9,633 nt of DNA. It comes from Candidatus Hermodarchaeota archaeon (GTDB lineage Archaea > Asgardarchaeota > Heimdallarchaeia > Hodarchaeales > Hodarchaeaceae). The stretch lies in contig JBHLKY010000049.1 in NCBI GenBank assembly GCA_048886185.1, positions 1 to 9,633 on the forward strand. Direction: 5' to 3'. Made by a program: the position numbers and the translations under genes. Below are positions 1-7,904 of this stretch, one piece after another. How positions within the stretch are numbered: position 1 is the first letter of the stretch; each line of letters opens with the position of its first letter. The notes below the pieces were generated by a model. It was not told the origin of the DNA and ran no database searches. It saw only the letters and a program-made list of their open reading frames with translations.

Positions 1-184
1 ATAGAATCCATGAACCATGGTCACAACTCATTAAGAAACCATTTACTGGTAATCGCCAATTTGATAGTGCAAGACCAGAAATTCTTTAGGAATTGAGGGG
101 AAATGCACAACAAAACGTCTAATGGCCGTTTCTTCCTTAGATGAAGGTAATAGGGCCAGAAAGGAAGGTAAGAGGATTAGAACA

Positions 185-200
185 TGAAAACCTTTAAAAA
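185..200 (+). promoter_or_regulatory. BRE/TATA promoter of rnpB
   Basis: Purine-rich TGAAAACC followed by TTTAAAAA (193-200), about 22 nt upstream of the P1 5' strand at 222; typical archaeal spacing. Confidence 0.65.
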
Positions 201-221
201 GAAAGGTATCCTAGTAAGTCT

Positions 222-595
222 GGCGTCGAAGCAGAAGTCTGACTTGCGGGTTTCTTATGAAACCTGAGGAAATTCCAGCCATTCATGTACGCTGAACAGT
301 GGGATAGTGCCTGATGGTGGCTATTCGCTGTCAACCGAGAGGTTGGGCTCTGTTACAGAAACGACACGCCCCTGTTCTCATGGCTATGATGAAGTGAAGT
401 CACTGGTAACAGTTGACAAGTTAATCTTCTGAGGACGAGCAGGGTATCGATGAAACGAGCATCCTCAGTGAATGCAAGCTGAAATAATGGTTCCTTTGGG
501 GGCCATGGAGTGCAGCGCTTAGGTTGATGTCAGAAACTCTGATGGGGTGACCCTGACGAGCCAACAGAAGCTGGATTACTCTCTGGAGCGACGCC
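222..595 (+). ncRNA. rnpB: RNase P RNA, archaeal type A (~374 nt)
   Basis: All five conserved regions occur in order: CR-I GAGGAAATTCC (266-276), CR-II ACAGAAAC (355-362), CR-III TGAAACG (451-457), CR-IV TTAGGTTGATG (519-529), CR-V ACAGAAGCTGGATTA (564-578). Helices pair: P1 GGCGTCG 222-228/CGACGCC 589-595; P2 TCTGAC 238-243/GTCAGA 529-534; P3 GGTTTC 249-254/GAAACC 259-264; P4 pseudoknot TCCAGC 274-279/GCTGGA 570-575; P5 CATTCA 280-285/TGAATG 469-474; P9 CAACC-GAGA-GGTTG 332-345; long P12; P16 487-506; P19 with GGG-GTGA-CCC 544-553. No P18. Confidence 0.95.
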
Positions 596-602
596 CTCTG
601 CA

Positions 603-609
603 TTTTTTT
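603..609 (+). terminator. Oligo-T terminator of rnpB
   Basis: T7 run starting 8 nt after the P1 3' strand. Confidence 0.55.
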
Positions 610-634
610 ACCGCAAATGTTATCTTAGACCGAG

Positions 635-1174
635 ATGATTTTTTTGCCTTTCCGAAGTTCTCTAACAAGGGAACAGAAAACTCTTCTTGCTTGTCTTGCG
701 ATGTACTGGATATCTTTTCTCCCCCTGTTCGTTCTCACAATCATGGTGGTTTTTCCTCCAAATTTACCTCCAAACCATTTTCCGTTGGCCTTTACAATTG
801 GTATCACAATGAATGCGATCCAGTTTTTTCCTTTCTCTCCACTCATTCTTGCAGTCTTTTTTTCTATCCCAACCGTTGTCAGTTCTCTTTTCGTGAACTA
901 TTCAAACAAGAAACATGCTATCAACTTAAGGATTGTTAGAACAACAGGAATAATCCATTTTACCTTTCTTATTGTAATGTCTTTCGTTCCAGTTCAGTTG
1001 TTAATCGAAATTCTCTTCAATCCATCCCTCAGTCACTACCAATCCCCCGTAAAAGCAGGCACATTTATAATAATTCTCTTTTTCTATTGCCTCTTCGTGG
1101 CCCCTGTCATTTTATTCTCTCTTTTCCTCGCTGCGCTTATCAATAGATGGGACTCACACACTGTCAAATCCTAG
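635..1174 (+). CDS. Hypothetical integral membrane protein (179 aa, ~4-5 TM)
   Basis: Long hydrophobic segments; fills the space between rnpB and fragment A; no recognisable family motif. Confidence 0.75.
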   Translation: MIFLPFRSSLTREQKTLLACLAMYWISFLPLFVLTIMVVFPPNLPPNHFPLAFTIGITMNAIQFFPFSPLILAVFFSIPTVVSSLFVNYSNKKHAINLRIVRTTGIIHFTFLIVMSFVPVQLLIEILFNPSLSHYQSPVKAGTFIIILFFYCLFVAPVILFSLFLAALINRWDSHTVKS

Positions 1175-1213
1175 TCTTTAATTATAAGAGACAAACGGAT
1201 CACTGTCTGAGAA

Positions 1214-1430
1214 ATGGCTATGATGGGGTGATTTCGCTGGTAATAGTCGATGAGTTAATCTCTTGAGGACGAGCAGGGAAACGGTGAAACGAGTATCCTC
1301 AGTGGATGCAAGCTGAAGTAATGGTCTCTTCAAGGGGCCATAGAGTGCAGCGTGTAGATTGGTATCAGAACCTCTGATGGGGTGACCCTGATGAGCTAAC
1401 TGAAGCTGGATTACTCTCTGAAGCTGCTCC
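1214..1430 (+). pseudogene. rnpB: rnpB 3' fragment A (equivalent to rnpB 380-595)
   Basis: Hand alignment gives ~36 differences in 217 columns (~83%). Carries part of P12, CR-III, P15/P16, CR-IV, P19 and CR-V; lacks CR-I and the 5' strands of P1, P2 and P4. Followed by a T-rich tract. Confidence 0.92.
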
Positions 1431-1586
1431 CTCTTTATTTTACTATCATCTTTGTACACATAGATCTGTTATTGTGTGAAAGCTGAAGACCAATGCAAAG
1501 GTTTATGATCTGCTAAAAGGCAGGGAACTTAAATTATTTATAAGTTCAAGAATTTCTTGAAACCATAACGTTCCCAGAACTTTACA

Positions 1587-2579
1587 TTGGTTTATATTAT
1601 GGGTAAACTGAATGAGTATAAAAGCCGATTTGGATGGGATCCAGCCCAAATTACCTATTTAACGGGATTTTTAATCTTTCAGGGAATAATCAATATTCCT
1701 CTTTATTTTTTCTTCTTCATTCCTAACTTTAGTCATTTCACGAATGAGTGGGAAATTTATCATGAAATCCTTCTTGGAAACCAACCTATTTTTTTAACTC
1801 TGTTATTTTTTTGCAGTATAATCCTATTTATACAAATTCTTGGAAGTATAATTTTTGTCCAGAAATGTAAAGCCTTTAAGGAAACTGACCCACATAAAGT
1901 ACAATGGGTCTGGAGTCACCTCATATATTTTGGAATTACTTTATCACTGATGTGTCTTCTTGATTTTATTATCCCTGAATCACGACAGTGGTTCCTCTGG
2001 AGGTGGAGCTGGTTCGTACTCGCAGGTCTAGCATTTTCTGGATTTTTAGCCTCTGTCTCCTTTATTGGCCTTCTGTTTTTTTCACTCTTTGTATTTCTTC
2101 GTGATTATTCAGTAATGCTAATGTCGAGTATCAAAATCATAGAAGATTACTCTTTTAATTATACTATTCTGGGAATGGAGACTATCCTTGTTGGGGATTA
2201 TATTCCTGTAGGCGGAATAAAGATTATGTTAACTATCCTTAGATTATTTAGTCCAATGCTTCTATTTTTTCCAATTATCCTCTTTAAAATTGGTCTAACT
2301 CAGTTAAAGAAACCAGTCTCATCCACAGAGATAGATCAAAAAACTCTTGGCGATAGGGTCAAAAGACATTTTGGTATATATTGTTATTTCCAATTAACTG
2401 TTGCTTATTGGGTTGTTTTTCCTATTTATTTAATGATTCTTTATGTACAAGAATATTCAATGAATAACGAAACAGCAATTACTGTAGGTTATTTATTCTT
2501 TCTCATTATTACTGTATTATGTATTATTCTCCCAATTTTTTTAATAGTCAAAGATCAAAAAATGCCAATCCAAGTGTGA
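1587..2579 (+). CDS. Hypothetical polytopic membrane protein (330 aa, ~8 TM)
   Basis: Long ORF with many hydrophobic helices; TTG start at 1587 or ATG at 1599; stops 19 nt before fragment B. Confidence 0.85.
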   Translation: MVYIMGKLNEYKSRFGWDPAQITYLTGFLIFQGIINIPLYFFFFIPNFSHFTNEWEIYHEILLGNQPIFLTLLFFCSIILFIQILGSIIFVQKCKAFKETDPHKVQWVWSHLIYFGITLSLMCLLDFIIPESRQWFLWRWSWFVLAGLAFSGFLASVSFIGLLFFSLFVFLRDYSVMLMSSIKIIEDYSFNYTILGMETILVGDYIPVGGIKIMLTILRLFSPMLLFFPIILFKIGLTQLKKPVSSTEIDQKTLGDRVKRHFGIYCYFQLTVAYWVVFPIYLMILYVQEYSMNNETAITVGYLFFLIITVLCIILPIFLIVKDQKMPIQV

Positions 2580-2598
2580 TAATAGCTTGTTATGTACT

Positions 2599-2734
2599 CA
2601 TCCTCACTGAATGCAAGCTGAAGTAATGGTCTCTTTGGAGGCCATGGAGCGCAGTCCTTAGGTTGATGTTAGAACCTCCGATAGGGTGTCCCTGACAAGC
2701 CAACAGAAGCCAGATTACTCTCTGGAGTAGCGCC
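2599..2734 (+). pseudogene. rnpB: rnpB 3' fragment B (equivalent to rnpB 460-595)
   Basis: Ungapped hand alignment gives 19 differences in 136 nt (~86%). CR-IV and ACAGAAG retained; followed by TTTCTTTT. Confidence 0.92.
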
Positions 2735-2812
2735 TTTCTTTTCATTAACAGTAACAACCTGTATTGTGTTCACGAAATCAACAAAGACAAACTTAAAACA
2801 TCTAACTATATT

Positions 2813-2858
2813 TGTAGTATTGTAGTCAATATTATATCTATGTAGTAAGATATATAAG
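2813..2858 (+). promoter_or_regulatory. Putative toxin-antitoxin promoter with TATA box and three TGTAGT repeats
   Basis: TATATAAG at 2851-2858, about 30 nt before ATG 2889; TGTAGT at 2813, 2821 and 2841. Confidence 0.45.
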
Positions 2859-2888
2859 TAACAATTTCAGTGGTAAATCTGAGCTAAT

Positions 2889-3161
2889 ATGGGATCCACA
2901 ACCCGAAGGGTATCAGAGGCAGAGCTTCATAAGTTGAAAGAAATTCAAAACCATCTCAAACAGATTGGAATTGATATTAGTCAAGTAGAACTGAGCGAAT
3001 CCATCACCAATTATGTATTAGAACGTTTTGATGATTTTATTAAGGAATATCGTGCCAGAACTCATGACAACAAGCAAGATGCTCTATTAAATTGGATAAA
3101 CAGTCCTTTTAATGGTGAAGAACCAACTGATGCTGTTAAGGAACATGATGTGACTCACTAA
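2889..3161 (+). CDS. Putative antitoxin (VapB role), 90 aa
   Basis: Small charged protein with an acidic C-terminal region; its stop overlaps the PIN gene start (TAATG). Function inferred from position only. Confidence 0.7.
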   Translation: MGSTTRRVSEAELHKLKEIQNHLKQIGIDISQVELSESITNYVLERFDDFIKEYRARTHDNKQDALLNWINSPFNGEEPTDAVKEHDVTH

Positions 3162-3556
3162 TGTTCATAGATAGCGTTGTATGGATTGCACTCAAATATA
3201 AACGCGATCAATGGCATCAAGAAGCTGTCAAGCTAAAGAATAGAATTTTAATATTAGAAAAAATTCATGTGACCGATTTTATTATTGTAGAGACGTACAA
3301 TTTCTTATCAAGGAAAGTTTCATGGATGGCTGCCCAAGAAACGCTTGGGATGTTCCTTGAAAGTCAAAAGGTCGTGATTTTATACAACAATTTTCTTACT
3401 CTAACACATTCGAAGAAAATTTTAGAAAAATATAATCATCTTAGTCTAACAGACGCAAATCTTGTGTGGTTTTCAGAAAATTTAAACATTAACGAAATTT
3501 TAAGCTTCGATAAGGGCTTTGATAACGTGTCTGGTATTAAAAGAATATCTAGCTGA
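3161..3556 (+). CDS. vapC: PIN-domain ribonuclease toxin, VapC family
   Basis: N-terminal FIDS, central IIVETYNFL, and C-terminal LSLTDA...ILSFDKGFD supply the conserved acidic PIN residues; 131 aa. Confidence 0.92.
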   Translation: MFIDSVVWIALKYKRDQWHQEAVKLKNRILILEKIHVTDFIIVETYNFLSRKVSWMAAQETLGMFLESQKVVILYNNFLTLTHSKKILEKYNHLSLTDANLVWFSENLNINEILSFDKGFDNVSGIKRISS

Positions 3557-3601
3557 ATTCTAGCTGAAATTATGCTTTTTTTCTCTTGGAGATTGCAGCA
3601 A

Positions 3602-3703
3602 TCACTTCTTCTTTTTTATTAAAATTCCAATAAATCCTAAAAATACGACAATTACCGAAAATCCTGGAGATACGTTTAATGAAACACCACCGAGAGTAAC
3701 TTC
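3602..3703 (-). pseudogene. Remnant C-terminus of a surface-anchored protein (PGF-TM-basic tail)
   Basis: Minus-strand translation EVTLGGVSLNVSPGFSVIVVFLGFIGILIKKKK*; in-frame stops upstream at 3704-3706 and 3779-3781. Confidence 0.6.
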
Positions 3704-3731
3704 CTAGGTTTCAAGTGAGGAATTTAGAAAG

Positions 3732-3969
3732 ATGCAAAATATGGCTTCAGAATATGACTTTCCGACGGGAAATACTATTTACACAAGAATGATGACAACT
3801 ACTAAAAGAATAGGTAAGACAACCTGTTCCCTCTCCTCTACGATGGCAACTACTAGTCCCTCTCTAATCCAACGAGACACCGATTTAATACCAGGGGCCC
3901 CAATTCATTGGTCTCTTGTCGATTCTAGCGTTCATTGGGGTATTTATTGTGAAAATGAAAAGGAGATAG
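3732..3969 (+). pseudogene. Frameshifted remnant: Ser/Thr-rich linker plus TM-basic tail
   Basis: The 3732 ORF reads TTTKRIGKTTCSLSSTMATTSPSL...DLIPG. A +1 shift at GGGGCCCC (3894-3901) continues as QFIGLLSILAFIGVFIVKMKRR* (stop 3967-3969). Confidence 0.55.
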
Positions 3970-4182
3970 TGAAGAATTATTCAGATTCTTTGGAATGGAG
4001 TTCTCGTAGCTTTTATTTTAGCTATAAAAAGTGTTATCAGATCCTCATATTGCAGTTTCTTGTTAATTTTCGGTATCATCTTGATAATTGCATTAGAAAC
4101 GGTGATCGCGGTGAGTATTGATATTTCATAAATCTATAATGAATTCTTTCCCTAGTATGACACAAACAAACCAATCAAGATC

Positions 4183-4270
4183 TGCAAACTGATTTAATGG
4201 CCTCTTTGAGGGGCCATGGAGAGCAGCGCTTAGGTTGATGTCAGAAACTCTGCTGGAGTGATCCTAACGA
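4183..4270 (+). pseudogene. rnpB: rnpB fragment C, left part (equivalent to rnpB 473-559)
   Basis: About 12 differences in 88 columns (~86%); homology stops abruptly after CTAACGA. Confidence 0.9.
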
Positions 4271-4444
4271 TATGTGTAGTATAAAGAGATGTTGTTCATA
4301 GAATAGAACCCCAAGAGGGACTCACACCATGCACAGACGGCGTAAACGGGATATCAGATCATATGGATGATCCAAGGGCGAAGATATCTGGCATAGGTGA
4401 TCGACAGGGAGCACATCTTGTTAAGATGAGTCTCACATCTAGGT

Positions 4445-4930
4445 TCATGCTGTTGAAATATTATCTGTCTTTAGCCGAATTAAGTAGAAAATGGTGGGTA
4501 TTAATACGATCCACCCAACGATGATTCCAACGGCAATATGAGCGGGGGGATTTCGAGCGACGAGTATATTTGTTACAAAACCTAATATAAAAGCAAATAA
4601 TCCCAATCCCGCTCCTATGAGGTCATTTTTTTTAATTATAATGGCTGCAGCAAAACTTATAATCCCTACACATAAACTTAACACTCCCCACCATGAGAAA
4701 TTGATCGTCCAGTGTTCGAGATGATCGGTGATATAATTTAGATAACCTGGAGCAGATAGCTGGACAACTAAAGATAACCACCAACCCATGAATCCTACTA
4801 GACCTATGATTCCATAGACTAGAAACTGAAAGACGACCAGATTAAGGAGCGGATCACTTCTAACAAAACCAAATAGGTGTTGGCATTTTTGATACAACTT
4901 ATTAGTCCATCTAGGAGTGGAATCAGGCAT
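4445..4930 (-). CDS. Hypothetical membrane protein (161 aa, ~4 TM)
   Basis: Hydrophobic helices; GAGGAGA Shine-Dalgarno-like motif 5 nt upstream of the ATG on the minus strand. Confidence 0.8.
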   Translation of the reverse strand: MPDSTPRWTNKLYQKCQHLFGFVRSDPLLNLVVFQFLVYGIIGLVGFMGWWLSLVVQLSAPGYLNYITDHLEHWTINFSWWGVLSLCVGIISFAAAIIIKKNDLIGAGLGLFAFILGFVTNILVARNPPAHIAVGIIVGWIVLIPTIFYLIRLKTDNISTA

Positions 4931-5175
4931 TTCAGTCTCCTCTGATTACTGTGACGTATCTTAATAAGTGAATCATATAATAATCAAAACTATACCGTAA
5001 TTCTTCATTAAATAATTTATTTGTTTCTACATAAATTGATTCTGTTTTCTGTTTCAAATCCTTTCTTCTTATCTTACCTATAATTTCTATTTGATCTTCT
5101 TTTTTAGCATATCAGGTCTTGGTATTTCTGTAACAAATTACAAAGGAAACTACTTTCTTCACAACCTTAATGGAT

Positions 5176-5209
5176 CAACAGAAGTTGAATTACTCTCTGG
5201 AGCGATGGC
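5176..5209 (+). pseudogene. rnpB: rnpB fragment C, right part (equivalent to rnpB 562-595)
   Basis: CAACAGAAGTTGAATTACTCTCTGGAGCGATGGC matches the rnpB 3' end at 30 of 34 positions. Confidence 0.85.
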
Positions 5210-5483
5210 CACTTCTTCCTTTATAACACAATTCTTAATTTCTTTACAGTCTTGTTAATGTTGTTAAGATGTAAAAGAGCTGAGAAAAAAATAATGGATA
5301 TCAAAACAGAAATAGGAATCCAGCTCAGATTGCGTTTTTAGTAAAAGAGACTACAATTAATTTTAAGATGGCATCCTTCTTAAGCTTTTAAAGGTCTATG
5401 AAAATACATAACCTGTCAATGAGGGTCAGTTACTTTAGGTAATTAATATTCAGTATTTTGACTCATTTTCCAGGGTCGATGCA

Positions 5484-6515
5484 ATGAATTATTCATTGGA
5501 GTGTGCAATCTGGGAAACCACCTTAAAATGCAATTTACGTTGTTCTCATTGTGGATCGTCTGCAGGTCAAGCTCGGAGCGATGAACTTACCACTGAGGAA
5601 TGTTTTTCGTTATGTGAACAATTAGCTCAGTTAGAGTGTAATAATATAGCTTTAATGGGAGGAGAAGTTTTTTTACGAAAAGATTGGTATGAAATTGCCA
5701 GTTGCATAAAAGATCTCGGCATAGAATTGAGTATTGTTTCTAACGGGTTTGTTCTTGATAAATACATCAATGAGGTAGCTCAATTAAAACCAACTGTAGT
5801 TGGTATCAGTCTTGATGGCTTACGAACGACTCATGACCTCATTCGTGGTGTAAAAGGAGCTTTCACCAACGCAATTGAAGCAATTAATCTTCTCAGAAGG
5901 AATCAAATCCATGTCACTATCATCACCGCAGTTAGTAAAATTAATTTCAATGAACTTCCCAAACTAAAAGCTCTCATTTATAATAAAGGTGTTAACTGGC
6001 AAATTCAATTAGCAACGCCTTTTGGTCAATTCACGAAAGATCAAATGCTTTCTTATGAAGAATTTTATGCAGTAGGGTTATTCATTGCTGCATTAAGAGC
6101 TAAACATCACTTCCAAAACATGCCCGTTGTTGGAGCCCATTGTATGGGATATCATTCCAGTATAATGCCAAATTTTCTTTGGAATGGGTGTACTGCTGGA
6201 ATCAGTTCAATTGGGATCACAAGTAACGGTGGAATCGTTGGTTGTTTAGCCATGGGAAATAATCGCTTCATTGAAGGCAATATCCGAGAGCAATCATTGA
6301 CATCGATTTGGTACAGTAGAAACAAGTTCCTTTACAACAGACATTTTTCGAATGATCAAATCGGATCATACTGTCTTCACTGCCATCATAACTTGACTTG
6401 TAAAGGAGGTTGTAACTCCGTTTCCTATGCACTGATGGAACAATTCCATAATGATCCCTACTGTTTTCATCGTATAGAAACAGATATTATCCAAAATCAG
6501 GTTAGTGAGGATTAA
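5484..6515 (+). CDS. Radical SAM protein with C-terminal SPASM domain
   Basis: CNLRCSHC (CxxxCxxC), MGGE motif, SLDG, then SPASM-type cysteines: CTAG...GC...CLHC...CKGGC...C. Confidence 0.93.
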   Translation: MNYSLECAIWETTLKCNLRCSHCGSSAGQARSDELTTEECFSLCEQLAQLECNNIALMGGEVFLRKDWYEIASCIKDLGIELSIVSNGFVLDKYINEVAQLKPTVVGISLDGLRTTHDLIRGVKGAFTNAIEAINLLRRNQIHVTIITAVSKINFNELPKLKALIYNKGVNWQIQLATPFGQFTKDQMLSYEEFYAVGLFIAALRAKHHFQNMPVVGAHCMGYHSSIMPNFLWNGCTAGISSIGITSNGGIVGCLAMGNNRFIEGNIREQSLTSIWYSRNKFLYNRHFSNDQIGSYCLHCHHNLTCKGGCNSVSYALMEQFHNDPYCFHRIETDIIQNQVSED

Positions 6516-6523
6516 TTTAAATT

Positions 6524-7834
6524 ATGACTGATACTGTAAAAGGATCAGAAATTTCTCTTAATCTTGGCTGCGGATCAAATTACCGTATTGGTTTTTTGAA
6601 TGTAGATCTATTTGATTTAACTGCTGCAGATTTTGGTGCTCATGCTGCTTTTTTACCTTTCAAATCAAATATTGTTGGGAGGATAGAAACATATCACTTA
6701 CTTGAACATTTTGACTGGGTGGAAGTCAAGTATCTGTTGAATGAGTGGTTCAGAGTATTAGAAGGAGGTGGGAGTCTGATTATTGAAGTACCTGATTTAA
6801 AGGCTTCAGCTAGAAAGCTCTCACATTTAAAGGACTTATCATCTCAAACAGCAACCTTGCAATGGATTTTTGGTGTAGAGAACTCCGGAATGCGGCATAA
6901 AACGGGTTTCACGAGAGAAATTTTGTTAAACTTCTTGTTGAAGGCGGGATTCGTCGAGATCAAGAAAGAAACTCCTCAAAGTCATCAATATGAGAAAGGA
7001 TTACGAATTACATGTAAAAAACCTCTTCACAATAAAAGTCAGGACTTAACTCTCATTCATGCTTTTAGAACAAATATTACTCCAATTATATTTTCTGGAC
7101 AGGTGAAAAACATTCACCTTTTGGAAAAAAATCATATTGAAATTATAGAGCCCCTATTAGATAAAAAAAAGAAAATAAATATGCTTAACAATTACATTCA
7201 TGCCCTTGCCAGACTGGCTATATGTAATCCATTATTAGCAGAAATATTACTGCAAATAATAACTAAAAATAACCACATTTTAGATAAATACCAAATTAGA
7301 ATGAATAAAGCCATAAAATTTTTACAGGAGATCAATTTTCATCAAAAAATATTCACCTTATGGATTAAGCGTAAAAAAACACCTGGAGAATCAGAAAAAG
7401 ATTATTTGGCTTTCATTGCTAATCTAGAATCTAAGCTTTACCAATCATTTATCACTGACTCTGATTTAAGAAAGGATTTTTCCTATATTTCTACCTTGAT
7501 TTCTGAACCTATCCATTTTCTTGACTTTTTCTTCATCCTGCATAAGGCTACTACTTGTTTTAATCAGGGTCTTCGAAAGTTCTTTTTAAAACGGTATGAA
7601 GAAGCTAAAGACCTGTTTAGTATGTCTTCAAGATTAATTTCTGATAACCATGTTATCTATTGGAATTTAGGCCGTTTAGGAGCATTGACCGATGAGCCCA
7701 AAACCTCCTACTTCTATCAAACCGCTTTAACTTTATCTCCTAGTAAAGCTGACAAAGAAGAAATACTAAAAGAACTTCAAGGAGTAAGAGACAATGCACA
7801 GAGATCTGTAATAGATATGCCTGTTCTTCGATGA
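6524..7834 (+). CDS. Class I SAM-dependent methyltransferase domain fused to a helical/TPR-like C-terminus
   Basis: LNLGCG motif I, LNVD and HLLEHF in the first ~165 aa; C-terminal GLRKFFLKRYEEAKDLF...YWNLG...YQTALTLSP resembles TPR repeats; 8 nt downstream of the radical SAM gene. Confidence 0.8.
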   Translation: MTDTVKGSEISLNLGCGSNYRIGFLNVDLFDLTAADFGAHAAFLPFKSNIVGRIETYHLLEHFDWVEVKYLLNEWFRVLEGGGSLIIEVPDLKASARKLSHLKDLSSQTATLQWIFGVENSGMRHKTGFTREILLNFLLKAGFVEIKKETPQSHQYEKGLRITCKKPLHNKSQDLTLIHAFRTNITPIIFSGQVKNIHLLEKNHIEIIEPLLDKKKKINMLNNYIHALARLAICNPLLAEILLQIITKNNHILDKYQIRMNKAIKFLQEINFHQKIFTLWIKRKKTPGESEKDYLAFIANLESKLYQSFITDSDLRKDFSYISTLISEPIHFLDFFFILHKATTCFNQGLRKFFLKRYEEAKDLFSMSSRLISDNHVIYWNLGRLGALTDEPKTSYFYQTALTLSPSKADKEEILKELQGVRDNAQRSVIDMPVLR

Positions 7835-7904
7835 AAGAGTAACATCTACAAACCTTATCCCCTTAAATTTAGCATCTTGTTTAGGGATATGAGTAAACGA
7901 TATA

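Noticed and set aside
1-100. 3' end of an upstream gene
   Set aside because: Two plus-strand frames are open from the window edge (stops ending at 96 and 89) and neither is recognisable, so it cannot be assigned.
525-565. Repeats as self-cleaving ribozymes (CTGACGAG and GAAAC hammerhead-like; TGCAAG twister-sister-like)
   Set aside because: Required stems and cleavage-site residues do not fit, GAAA is GAAC in copies A and B, and the RNase P model explains all the motifs.
420-595. Repeats as integron attC sites (GTTAATC resembles GTTRRRY)
   Set aside because: GTTAATC is internal to P12 of rnpB, is absent from copies B and C, and has no matching RYYYAAC/L-box inverted structure.
421-603. Minus-strand 60-aa ORF, and the similar 1178-1459 ORF sharing LQRVIQL...QGHPIR
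   Set aside because: Both are antisense to rnpB sequence. The shared peptide simply reflects the DNA repeat, and the two fall out of frame at the P16 indel.
547-939. 130-aa plus-strand ORF and 625-846 minus-strand ORF
   Set aside because: The first starts inside rnpB; both overlap the more protein-like 635-1174 membrane ORF.
3732-4121. 129-aa ORF as an intact gene
   Set aside because: After IPG the +1 frame gives a clean TM-basic tail, while the annotated frame looks random; treated as a frameshifted remnant.
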